Part shown: piece after piece, positions 9,267 through 18,615 of the stretch
How the letters are laid out: each line of letters opens with the position of its first letter
How positions within the stretch are numbered: the first letter of the stretch is position 1
Assembly: GCA_034112345.1 (NCBI GenBank)
Contig: JAWUVN010000036.1
Location: forward strand, 2,792-66,791
Source: Bermanella sp.
Lineage (GTDB): Bacteria; Pseudomonadota; Gammaproteobacteria; Pseudomonadales; Oceanobacteraceae
DNA: 64,000 nt
Direction: 5' to 3'
Notes under the pieces: model-generated
What the model was told of the DNA's origin: nothing
The model's input: the letters and a program-made list of their open reading frames with translations, nothing else
Databases searched by the model: none
Translations under genes and position numbers: made by a program

Positions 9267-11876
9267 ATGAACGGCATGCAGTTAATTATTTTATCGTTTA
9301 AACATTGGTTAAACGACTTACGATCAAATGAGAAGCGTTTGTTACTGCTGGCCACATTATTGGCAGCAGTGAGTATGTCGATGATCTCTTCGTTTGGAGA
9401 TCGCCTTTCACGTACCATGCAATATCGCGCCAGTGAATTAATAGCAGGCGACTTAACCTTATTCAGTTCTCGTGAAGTGAATGGCGATTACTTGTCTCAG
9501 GCAAAAGCCATGGGGCTAAACACATCCAGTGCATTAGGCTTTTCAACCATGGCTTATGCCAACGAAAAGCTACAGCTAGTGCGTGTACGTTCGGTTGATG
9601 AACAATACCCTTTAAAAGGTTACAACCAGGTAGCTGATGGCTTTATGGGTGAAATAGATGGAAATGGTGAAGGTAAGGGAAAAGGCTATTTAGTTAAAGC
9701 ATCACCCAAGCCAGGAATGGTTTGGGCTGAAGAGCGAGTGCTACAACGACTAGGTGTAAAGATAGGTGACACGGTTGAAATAGGTGATGGTGTCTTTACG
9801 GTTAAACGTGTTTTACAACAAGACGCGGATAGAAGTGGCAGTTTGTTTAGCCCGTTTGGTCGCTTATTAATGTCTAAATCAGATGTTCCACAAACGGGAG
9901 TGGTTAATCAAGGCAGTCGTATTTGGTATAAATATTATTTTACAGGGTCTGAAAAATCCATAAAAGGGTTTAGTAAATGGTTAAAGCCTAAATTAAACAA
10001 GGCTGAAAAATTGGGTGGCGTGGCGAGCAGTCAAAATAATGTGGGCAGTGCTTTAGAAAAAGCCCAGCAGTATTTGTCGTTGGCCAGTTTAATCAGTGTG
10101 CTATTGGCTGCTGTTGCAATTGCTTTATGCGCGCAACGTTACAGTGAGCGGCATTTTAATACAGCTGCATTATTACGTTGCTTAGGTGCAAGCAGTGTTC
10201 AAGTTCGCAATATTTTTATAATGAAATTATTTTATACCGCTATGGTAGGCGCTGTATTAGGTTCCATAATTGGATTTATATTACACTTTTGGTTATTAGA
10301 AATAGTTGCCGATGTACTGCCTAAAGATTTAATGCCTGCCACATTTTTACCTGTACTAATGAGTATGATCAGCGCAGCGGCCGTATTAATGTTGATTGCA
10401 CTGGCGCCTATTCTAAACTTAAACAAGGTAAGTCCAGTGAGAGTATTGCGCCGCGAGCTTGCACCGCAATCGGTTAAAGCCAATTTATTTTTTGTGTTGG
10501 CAGTGGGTATTATGGTGGCATTAGCATACTTGTTAACCGATAGCATAAAACTTTCGGTGGTATTTGTAGTGGGACTGGCCATTTTATTGTTGATATACGG
10601 TTTGCTTTCAGCCGTATTGTTAAAAGGTTTGTCGAGTATTCGCTTTATGTTACCCAGCACATTAAAAATGGGGTTAATCCAGTTAAACCGCCATCAGTAC
10701 TATGCGCGGTCTCAGGTAGCGGCTTTTGCCTTTATTTTTACGTCGGTGGCCTTGATCTGGATAGTAAGAGGTGACTTATTTGATAACTGGCAACAACAGG
10801 TGCCAGATGGTACGCCGAATCATTTTGCGATTAATATCTTGCCTGATAAAAAATACGATTTTGAACAAGCATTAAAAGATAAAGGATTACCCGCAAGCGA
10901 ATTTTATCCCATGGTACGTGGTCGTTTAACCCATGTGAACGATGTAAACGTCAGTGAAATATTTAAAGAGGATGAAGGCCCTAACGCCCTTAGAAGAGAG
11001 CTAAACCTTACTTGGAGTTCAGTACTGCGTACAGACTCTAAAATAGTTGATGGGGAATGGTTTTTAAAGCCAGATGAAAAAATGGATACTCATGCTGTCA
11101 ACGCCATGCTTAAAGGGTCTGAAAAGATTAGCCAGAAAATGGTTGAAGAAAATGGGTACGCAAATAACGGTATTTCACTAGAGCATCGTTTAGCAGATGA
11201 GTTAAACGTAGGTGTCGGAGACAGAATCACCTTTAATATTGCGGGAACGCCCTTAGTTACCACCATTAAAAGCATTCGTGATGTTAAGTGGGGGAATTTT
11301 GAACCAAACTTTTATGTGGTGTTTGAAGATGGTGTGATTAATGATTTTCATCATACTTACATTAATAGTTTTTATTTACCCGTCACAGAAGGGCAGTGGT
11401 TGATTGAGTTAAATCAAACATTTAAAGCCATTACTGTGATTGAAATTGATCAAATACTAAAACAGGTTCGGGATATACTGAGTCAAACCAGTATGGCCGT
11501 AGAAGCTATTTTGGCATTGGTATTGGTGTGCGCCATGGTTTTAATGTTTGCTACTTTATTAAGCACATTAAGCTTGCGAAAGCATGAAGCGGCCTTGTAT
11601 CGAACCTTTGGTGCCAGTGAGTCTGTGATTCGATCTCGTATACGCAGTGAATACATTACATTATCTTTAGTTGCTAGCTTGTTGGCACTGGTGTCGTTTG
11701 AAAGTATCAGTTTTGCTTTGTATTACTTTGTTTTTAAAGTGAGTTGGATGCCACATTTAAGTTTGTGGGTGGCAATACCTATATTGGCTTTATGCAGTAT
11801 TTTATTCAGTGGATACTTTGCTAATAGAGATGTTTTAAAAGCATCACCAAGACAGCTTTTACAAGAAGTGAATTAA
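9267..11876 (+). CDS. ybbP: Type VII (FtsX-like) ABC permease YbbP
   Basis: ~870 aa with two FtsX repeats; motifs 'YPLKG', 'PNHFAINI', 'YPMVRGRL', 'RRELNLTW', 'WGNFEPNFYVVF'. Confidence 0.88.
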   Translation: MNGMQLIILSFKHWLNDLRSNEKRLLLLATLLAAVSMSMISSFGDRLSRTMQYRASELIAGDLTLFSSREVNGDYLSQAKAMGLNTSSALGFSTMAYANEKLQLVRVRSVDEQYPLKGYNQVADGFMGEIDGNGEGKGKGYLVKASPKPGMVWAEERVLQRLGVKIGDTVEIGDGVFTVKRVLQQDADRSGSLFSPFGRLLMSKSDVPQTGVVNQGSRIWYKYYFTGSEKSIKGFSKWLKPKLNKAEKLGGVASSQNNVGSALEKAQQYLSLASLISVLLAAVAIALCAQRYSERHFNTAALLRCLGASSVQVRNIFIMKLFYTAMVGAVLGSIIGFILHFWLLEIVADVLPKDLMPATFLPVLMSMISAAAVLMLIALAPILNLNKVSPVRVLRRELAPQSVKANLFFVLAVGIMVALAYLLTDSIKLSVVFVVGLAILLLIYGLLSAVLLKGLSSIRFMLPSTLKMGLIQLNRHQYYARSQVAAFAFIFTSVALIWIVRGDLFDNWQQQVPDGTPNHFAINILPDKKYDFEQALKDKGLPASEFYPMVRGRLTHVNDVNVSEIFKEDEGPNALRRELNLTWSSVLRTDSKIVDGEWFLKPDEKMDTHAVNAMLKGSEKISQKMVEENGYANNGISLEHRLADELNVGVGDRITFNIAGTPLVTTIKSIRDVKWGNFEPNFYVVFEDGVINDFHHTYINSFYLPVTEGQWLIELNQTFKAITVIEIDQILKQVRDILSQTSMAVEAILALVLVCAMVLMFATLLSTLSLRKHEAALYRTFGASESVIRSRIRSEYITLSLVASLLALVSFESISFALYYFVFKVSWMPHLSLWVAIPILALCSILFSGYFANRDVLKASPRQLLQEVN

Positions 11877-11888
11877 GGCGTTATTATA

Positions 11889-12587
11889 ATGAGTACAGTG
11901 AATTATTTACCTTGTATAGAAATTGAACCCACTAAGAATGGTGAAGCAATAAAAGCCAATGCTGCGATTATTTGGCTGCATGGCTTGGGTGCCAGTGGCG
12001 ATGATTTTGCACCCATTGTGCCACAATTAAAATTAGACGATTCGTTAGCGATTCGGTTTATATTTCCGCACGCTCCAACACGCCCTATTACAATTAATGG
12101 CGGTATGGCTATGCCTGCCTGGTACGATTTTGTGATTAATGGCGTTGATCGTGAAGTGAATAAAAATGATTTAGACCAAACCACTCAAAGCATTATGGAT
12201 TTGATTCAGCGAGAGCTGGATAGGGGGGTGAGCAGTGATCATATTATTATCGCGGGCTTTTCACAGGGTGGAGCCATTGCGTATCAGGTGGCTATGAAGT
12301 GGCAAACAGATACGAATGGCCCGCTGGCAGGGCTAATGGCCATGAGCACCTATATAGCGGATGAATCGGTTGTAATAAATAGCCAGATGCCTAAAGCATT
12401 TCCCATTCATATTTATCATGGTGATCAGGACCAAGTGGTACCAATTTCACTGGGTTTAAAAGCCAAAGAATTATTAGAGAATAATGGGTATACACCTGAT
12501 TATAGTGAATATTCAATGGAGCACAGTGTGTGTGTTTCTCAGATTCGAGACATAGCGTATTTTATTGATCACTGTTTAAAAGCGTGA
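11889..12587 (+). CDS. Phospholipase/carboxylesterase (alpha/beta hydrolase, EstB-like)
   Basis: 'WLHGLGA', 'MPAWYD', nucleophile GFSQG, 'HGDQDQVV', 'MEHSV'. Confidence 0.92.
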   Translation: MSTVNYLPCIEIEPTKNGEAIKANAAIIWLHGLGASGDDFAPIVPQLKLDDSLAIRFIFPHAPTRPITINGGMAMPAWYDFVINGVDREVNKNDLDQTTQSIMDLIQRELDRGVSSDHIIIAGFSQGGAIAYQVAMKWQTDTNGPLAGLMAMSTYIADESVVINSQMPKAFPIHIYHGDQDQVVPISLGLKAKELLENNGYTPDYSEYSMEHSVCVSQIRDIAYFIDHCLKA

Positions 12588-12637
12588 TATCTACTTGTAG
12601 TGCTTAATGAAGATAACCGATGAAAAGGATAGGATAT

Positions 12638-12671
12638 AAAAAGCGGCAGTGTGTGACTGCCGCTTATTTTT
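12638..12671. terminator. Bidirectional intrinsic terminator
   Basis: AAGCGGCAGT-gtgtg-ACTGCCGCTT flanked by A and T tracts between convergent genes. Confidence 0.8.
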
Positions 12672-12673
12672 AA

Positions 12674-14104
12674 TTAATCAATGACCTTCATATTGTCTAT
12701 TTTATTTAATCCACAGCTGCCTGATTTTACATGTTCAGGGCAAAGCTTCTGGTTCTTTTCTTTAGAATCATCTTTTAGCATTCTTACTGATTTATAATCT
12801 CCCCAAAAGCAACTTGGGCAAGCACGTTTTTCATTTTTATTAGAAAGTTTTACCTCGCCTTCAGTTCTGTCATAAATTATTTCTGGTAGTAAGTCTTTCC
12901 ATGTCATATTGCTTGTGTCAGGAATATCATAAGGGATTCCAGCGTGCCCCCAATCATGTTCTAGTAAATTATTCCAACCTACATGAAGTTTACTGCCTAG
13001 GATCACGCCATTGATGATGGTATCGTTTTCTCCATCGTAAACTAATCCGCCAGTCTCAGGGTTGGTTTGAAGCTTGCCGAATTTATCAGCAGCATTACGC
13101 AGTTTAGAGAATAGTGAAACATCACCAAATTCTTTTGCACACCATAATGCAAATATTTGAGCGATTTGATCTTCTTTGTGATTCATCGATAAACGAGCGG
13201 CTGCAAACGGGCCATACTCCAGTGTTAGATGTTCTTTGAAGGCCGGGTAAGTTTTTTGCATTTCCTCATGCTGAAATACATTCATAAATGAGAGAACCCA
13301 TGCATTTGTATAGCCTTTTATTTGCGGCATAACAACGTCATGATTGGGGATGTATGCTCGATAAAATAGACCTGTTTCTTTGTCTCGCATTCGGTCCATA
13401 ATGAAATCAATAGACCATTTTATTTCATTGTCGGTGTAGTTTGTGCCGTAAAGTTGATCGTAAATACGTAGGCTAAGCATGCCGATGACATTGCATTCGA
13501 CAAACCATGCATTGGGTTCGCAGGTATTGCCTTCGTAGTAGCCTTGATGATGTAAATTCATCTCTTCTACAATTTGTTTGGTAAGCCAGGTTAATTCCTT
13601 GCTGTATCTTGTGTCGCCAGTACTGAGTTGAAATAGTGCATACATTAAATTCAAATGACCCTTGTACATGATATTTTGTACTGAAATTGGGTCAGGCCCA
13701 AAGCCTCTGTCTGTAAAGTCACGCCATACTTTTTTAGATTTCATTTTCCAAATCATATTATCCATGGTGACTCGGTATTGGCCTGCATTTTCTGGGTCAA
13801 TGATCATGGCCGATGGCATGCCGTAAGCCGCGAATGAAATGGCGTACTTCCAAAACGGTTGGTATTCGGTATTCCAGCCTTTGAAGTCGTCACCACTTAG
13901 GCTAAGCCCAAGATATTCATCGATATTGGTTCTGAGCTGTCCAATTTCATCTTCTTGTAGTTCGCGTTCACCAATCGGGTCAAAATAACGATCGGCTGTG
14001 GGCATTCCCCATGGCCAGATTAAAATGAAAGCCACAATTAAGACGAGTAAAAAACTGATTAACAGCCATTTGATAGAAAGGTACTTAGATAGAAATGCTT
14101 TCAC
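12674..14104 (-). CDS. Linalool dehydratase/isomerase (LinD/Ldi)-like protein with N-terminal membrane anchor and Cys-rich C-terminal extension
   Basis: Colinear matches to LinD motifs recalled from memory: 'KYAISFAAYG', 'KMKSKKVW', 'GFGPDPI..NIMYKGHLNLMY', 'CEPNAWFVECN', 'YTNAW', 'AKEFGD..LF', 'KLHVG'; start codon GTG. Confidence 0.82.
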   Translation of the reverse strand: MKAFLSKYLSIKWLLISFLLVLIVAFILIWPWGMPTADRYFDPIGERELQEDEIGQLRTNIDEYLGLSLSGDDFKGWNTEYQPFWKYAISFAAYGMPSAMIIDPENAGQYRVTMDNMIWKMKSKKVWRDFTDRGFGPDPISVQNIMYKGHLNLMYALFQLSTGDTRYSKELTWLTKQIVEEMNLHHQGYYEGNTCEPNAWFVECNVIGMLSLRIYDQLYGTNYTDNEIKWSIDFIMDRMRDKETGLFYRAYIPNHDVVMPQIKGYTNAWVLSFMNVFQHEEMQKTYPAFKEHLTLEYGPFAAARLSMNHKEDQIAQIFALWCAKEFGDVSLFSKLRNAADKFGKLQTNPETGGLVYDGENDTIINGVILGSKLHVGWNNLLEHDWGHAGIPYDIPDTSNMTWKDLLPEIIYDRTEGEVKLSNKNEKRACPSCFWGDYKSVRMLKDDSKEKNQKLCPEHVKSGSCGLNKIDNMKVID

Positions 14105-14401
14105 TTGTTAACCTTTTATAATTTTTATTGGTTATATTTTTATGATTATGACGTTAAACGATTTATCTATTTAAATAAAGTGCGAGCGGGCCATGAGGCC
14201 CCTTAGATAGAGTGATGTCGCATAGCGACCAATAGATTGGGTTGTAGCGGACTATATGAGGTAGGTTTATTGCACTGAAAGAGTGATGAGTTGAAAGTAC
14301 TAGGGCTTTAAAGCTCGTATTCTAGATCAAGCATTAATCGCCGACTTAACCTAGAAAAAGAGACTGCCCACCAGGATGCGATTCTCTTTGATATTAAGAA
14401 A

Positions 14402-14456
14402 TGTAGGCTGGGTTACGCTACGGTGAACGTATCGCTCACAACTAACCCATCCTACA
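14402..14456. repeat. REP-doublet-like hairpin, family GTAGGCTGGGTTA
   Basis: TGTAGGCTGGGTTA...TAACCCATCCTACA inverted arms starting with GTAG. Confidence 0.7.
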
Positions 14457-14478
14457 GCGGTCTGCTTTCAATAAATAT

Positions 14479-15384
14479 TTAGGCTGGGCTAGGTTCAGTG
14501 AGCTGAATTTCATTTTCCCATTTATCAATCAAAGGGAGACTGTTTACTTGCCAAGGATGAAATTCAGGCTCTGCAAAGGTTCTGAAGGGGGCTCTTAACT
14601 GAGTGATTAAACCAATATCACCATATAGAAACTGTTTAAATTCTTTTATCTCACTCCAACTTGGCATTTTTTTGTCTTGCCACATGAGTTTCAGAGTAAA
14701 TACGAACATGCGCCAGAAGAAAATTTTAATGGCAAATTTCATCACCTTTTGCAGCAGTGCTCGATCACCTTCACATTCCATATATACATCAAATGCCACG
14801 GCTTTATGCTCAATCTCTTCAACGGAATGCCAGAACATTAATTGTCGTGCCGGTTCTTCTAGACCATCAAATACCTCTGGTTTTTCCAATAAGAACTCAG
14901 CCAATATTGCGGTTAAGTGTTCCATGCATACAGTAATAGCTAAGCGTGTTTTAGAGTTGAGTGTTTTAACTCGTTTTTCAATGATCTTACCCATCTTAAT
15001 TTCTAGAGCTGGCGCGTCAAATCCTAATTCCTTCAGCGCCTGATTGATTTTTTTATGCTGGTGACTATGGTGGCCTTCCTGACCAATAAATCCTTTAACT
15101 TGTTTGGCCAAATCTGGGTTGGTTATTTTCTCACGGTAATTTCTAACTGATTCAATAAACTCAGACTCACCGGGAGGAAAGGTAGAAGATAAACCCGCTA
15201 AAAAACAGGTTTTAAGACTATTGCCATTAAAGAAATATTTATTTTTTATTCCTGAAAATGGGAACGTCATTATTCGCGGTGAGACGCTAAGGGATTGATG
15301 GTTGTTTAAAATGGTTTTACTGGCAGCAGGTGTGGTTTTAGCCTGTGATTCTGTATTCGGTTTTGAGATATTGGTTGGAGTCAT
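14479..15384 (-). CDS. 'Metal-dependent hydrolase' (PF10118-type, ferritin-like metal-binding motifs)
   Basis: 'FPPGESEFIESVR', 'FIGQEGHHSHQH', 'MEHLTA', 'WHSVEEIEHKAVAFDVY', 'FHPW'. Confidence 0.88.
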   Translation of the reverse strand: MTPTNISKPNTESQAKTTPAASKTILNNHQSLSVSPRIMTFPFSGIKNKYFFNGNSLKTCFLAGLSSTFPPGESEFIESVRNYREKITNPDLAKQVKGFIGQEGHHSHQHKKINQALKELGFDAPALEIKMGKIIEKRVKTLNSKTRLAITVCMEHLTAILAEFLLEKPEVFDGLEEPARQLMFWHSVEEIEHKAVAFDVYMECEGDRALLQKVMKFAIKIFFWRMFVFTLKLMWQDKKMPSWSEIKEFKQFLYGDIGLITQLRAPFRTFAEPEFHPWQVNSLPLIDKWENEIQLTEPSPA

Positions 15385-15561
15385 ATGAGCCTCTGATGCG
15401 TATGCGCATTCTTATCTGTTTTATAGGGTCACTAAAACGGGTACTGCTGAATTTTTAACGACTATATATTTACTATGGGTCAGCGGTGCTGAATCAGACA
15501 GGTGATTAGGGTTCAAGTTAATGGTGATTTGAGGTCACTTTGAGGGAAAGAGGAGGTTGAA

Positions 15562-16611
15562 TTACTGGGATTGGCAGCGATAGGTTTTAGGCGTGATCCC
15601 TGTTTGAGTTTTAAATGACTTAGAAAAATTTGATGCATCACTGTAACCCGTGACATCAGCGATGGACTCAAGTGATTGATTAGAATGACGTAATAAGGCT
15701 TTGGCTTGGTTGATTTTGACTTGAGACTTGATGTGTTGGTAGGTTGTGTCTAATTCTTTTAAGCGACGCTGAAGGGTGCTGACAGACATATTGAGCTGTT
15801 TAGCCATGTTTTGTAGATTAATATTACTGGTGGGGCAATCATCTAATGCGTTATATATTTGTTGTACTAAGCCTTTTGGACTGATCTGCTTTAGTGTGGA
15901 TTCACATTCGTGAGTCGCCATTTTTGCCAGTTCGCTATCTCCTTGCCGAAGAGAAAGCTGCATCCAGGGGTGTGGTATTCCTAGCTGAAAGAATGGTTTG
16001 TCAAATTCAATATTTAAGTTGCTGGGTAATTGTTCGGCAGTGAAGTTTTTGGGCCTTGGTCTTTGTAGGTGTAATACACATGCGTGTGAAATATCGTGAT
16101 GCGACAGTAGTTCTTTAATGAGGTGGTCAATGTTAACTAAGGTTGATAAACCAGTATAAAATCGTATGTCTATTGTGTTTGATTTTTCATTAGTGGTATC
16201 TATTTCATCAAACCTAAGAAATGTAAATTGATTATCACTGTCAAAGTGAATCATGCGTGCGCTAGAACGAGTTTTAAAATATTGCTGCGTAAGTCGTGCC
16301 ACGTCTTTTAATTGTTTACAGCCTTGAATGGCTAAGCCCAGCGCACCATGTGAAGACATGGGCATGCTTTTACCAAATTCGATGGCAGCTATAATAGGAT
16401 CGGTGAAACCACGAAAAAGATTCGTGCTGATGATATTCATTGAGCATTCATCGACTTTCTTTGGTGGGTCTAATAAATAGTTAATGCCTTTATTGCTGTC
16501 TTTTAAAAGGTCTTTTACAGAGATGTGTTTATTAAGGGCAAAATCACGCATGCAGACAAGGTATTCGCCGGCCACAAAATTATTGGATTCGTCCTTTGTT
16601 CGTATGGTCAT
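15562..16611 (-). CDS. AraC-family transcriptional regulator
   Basis: 'HGALGLA' N-terminal motif; HTH 'MAKQLNMSVSTLQRRL...GYSDASNFSKSFKTQTGITPKTYR'. Confidence 0.9.
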   Translation of the reverse strand: MTIRTKDESNNFVAGEYLVCMRDFALNKHISVKDLLKDSNKGINYLLDPPKKVDECSMNIISTNLFRGFTDPIIAAIEFGKSMPMSSHGALGLAIQGCKQLKDVARLTQQYFKTRSSARMIHFDSDNQFTFLRFDEIDTTNEKSNTIDIRFYTGLSTLVNIDHLIKELLSHHDISHACVLHLQRPRPKNFTAEQLPSNLNIEFDKPFFQLGIPHPWMQLSLRQGDSELAKMATHECESTLKQISPKGLVQQIYNALDDCPTSNINLQNMAKQLNMSVSTLQRRLKELDTTYQHIKSQVKINQAKALLRHSNQSLESIADVTGYSDASNFSKSFKTQTGITPKTYRCQSQ

Positions 16612-16752
16612 TTATATGACCTCTAATCACTGTAATTAATACACTCTAACAGTCGTATTTTGTAGGAGCAATGCACTTTATGACATATGACTGGGATCGA
16701 TAAGACTAAATTAGCCACTCTTCAATACGATTAGAAATACCACTGTAAATGA

Positions 16753-16774
16753 CTGAGCCTGTTAACAGGTTCAG
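16753..16774. promoter_or_regulatory. 22-bp near-perfect palindrome, candidate operator
   Basis: CTGAGCCTGTT|AACAGGTTCAG (1 mismatch, no loop) in the divergent araC/monooxygenase intergenic region. Confidence 0.45.
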
Positions 16775-16870
16775 GTAAGGTTAATTTGATAGTTTTTGCA
16801 GTATGCTTTGGCCATTGAATAGAATATATTAATGATAAAGATGTTCTAAAAATAATAAAAGAGAATCAAT

Positions 16871-18364
16871 ATGAACGCAGAATATCAAGATGTCATTATT
16901 ATTGGTGCTGGTCTTTCTGGTATTGGTGCAGCATGCCATTTAACAAAAAAGTGCCCGAATAAAACCTATGCCATATTAGAAGGGCGCTCTAGCATGGGTG
17001 GTACATGGGATTTATTTAAGTATCCAGGTATTCGCAGTGATAGCGATATGTATACGCTGGGTTATAGTTTCAAACCTTGGACCGATCCACAATCTATTGC
17101 TGATGGTCCTTCTATCCTAAGATATATTAAAAAAACAGCCGAGCAATTCAATGTTAATTCGCACATTCGATACGATCATAAAGCCACAAAGATAGAATGG
17201 GACAGTACTACCGCATTATGGACCGTTCATATCAATGAGAATGGGCAATCAAAAATAATGACGTGTAATTTTTTAATGACTTGTACTGGGTATTACAATT
17301 ATGAACATGGTTATACGCCTGACTTTAAAGGAAAAAATAACTTTACAGGGCAGTTTATTCATCCGCAGAAGTGGCCTGAAAATCTAGATGTTAAAAATAA
17401 AAAAGTTGTGGTAATTGGCAGTGGCGCAACGGCTGTTACCTTGGTGCCAGAGCTAGCAAAGGAAGCAAGCTTGGTTACTATGTTACAACGCAGTCCCACG
17501 TATGTGACGACGCTGCCAAAGAACGATATGTTTCTAGTATGGATGCGAAAAATCATGCCAGAGAATTGGGTGTATCGTTTTGCACGTACTCGTAATATTG
17601 GGTTAACCATCGCATTTTATAATTTCTGTCGTGCATTCCCAAATGTTGCTCGAAAATCTATGACAAAGATGGTGAGGAAGGAGCTACCAAAATCGTTTGA
17701 TATGAAACACTTTACGCCCAAGTATGCGCCTTGGGATGAGCGAGTTTGTGTGGTACCAGATAGCGATATGTTTAAAGTGATCAGCGATGGAAAAGCTGAC
17801 ATTGTGACAGACAATATTGAAACACTTACCGAAACAGGCATTCAGTTAGCCTCGGGCGAATGCTTAGACGCAGACATAATTGTCAGTGCAACCGGATTAG
17901 AGATACAGATTATGGGCGGCATTGAAGTCAGTGTTGATGGCCAGCCGTATGATTTTTCTAGCAAAATGATATACCGAGGTATTTTATTCCAAGACCTGCC
18001 GAACCTAGGCATGGTTTTCGGTTATACCAATGCATCTTGGACACTAAAGGCTGATCTGGTGAGTGAGTACATGTGTCGTATGATCAATCATATGGATGCA
18101 TCCAACACACAATATGCCGTTCCAGAAGACCATGAATCTATGGCGCGTATTCCGTTTATGGATATGAGTTCGGGCTACATTCAGCGAGCATTAAGTAAAG
18201 TGCCACAGCAAGGTGAAAAACTACCGTGGCGTTTATACCAAAATTATATGAAAGATATGATGATGCTTAGGTTTGGAAAATTAAATGATGGTGTATTAAG
18301 TTTCAAAACAAAAACAGAAGAGCCTGTTAGTGGTACTTCTGAAGGTAATAAAATGGCAAGCTAG
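16871..18364 (+). CDS. Flavin-binding monooxygenase, AlmA/EthA-type BVMO family
   Basis: GAGLSG, 'GGTWDLFKYPGIRSDSD', BVMO fingerprint FTGQFIHPQKWP, GSGATA, 'GYTNASWTLK'. Confidence 0.88.
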   Translation: MNAEYQDVIIIGAGLSGIGAACHLTKKCPNKTYAILEGRSSMGGTWDLFKYPGIRSDSDMYTLGYSFKPWTDPQSIADGPSILRYIKKTAEQFNVNSHIRYDHKATKIEWDSTTALWTVHINENGQSKIMTCNFLMTCTGYYNYEHGYTPDFKGKNNFTGQFIHPQKWPENLDVKNKKVVVIGSGATAVTLVPELAKEASLVTMLQRSPTYVTTLPKNDMFLVWMRKIMPENWVYRFARTRNIGLTIAFYNFCRAFPNVARKSMTKMVRKELPKSFDMKHFTPKYAPWDERVCVVPDSDMFKVISDGKADIVTDNIETLTETGIQLASGECLDADIIVSATGLEIQIMGGIEVSVDGQPYDFSSKMIYRGILFQDLPNLGMVFGYTNASWTLKADLVSEYMCRMINHMDASNTQYAVPEDHESMARIPFMDMSSGYIQRALSKVPQQGEKLPWRLYQNYMKDMMMLRFGKLNDGVLSFKTKTEEPVSGTSEGNKMAS

Positions 18365-18615
18365 CGCTTCGTCAGGATGAAGAGGCTGGTGTGAAAGTAT
18401 GTGCTCACTTACTAGCGGGCTCTATAGAGTCAGGCTGGTATTCGGATTGATTGTAGTTGGGCTGTTAAGCGTAACTAGTCACAGGTTCGAGTAATATGGT
18501 GGGGCACTCAAATCTCTAGCGACTAACTCAGCCTATAAGATAGCCGGTATCAATGATTGCTTTTGATAACGGCTGGGTAAGGCTTTCAACAGAGTGTCAT
18601 GACATATCAGTGCAG

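Noticed and set aside
14367-14376. CCCACCAGGA matching the tRNA-Arg 3' half as an att site
   Set aside because: Only 10 bp, expected by chance; the interval includes core argG and no integrase is present
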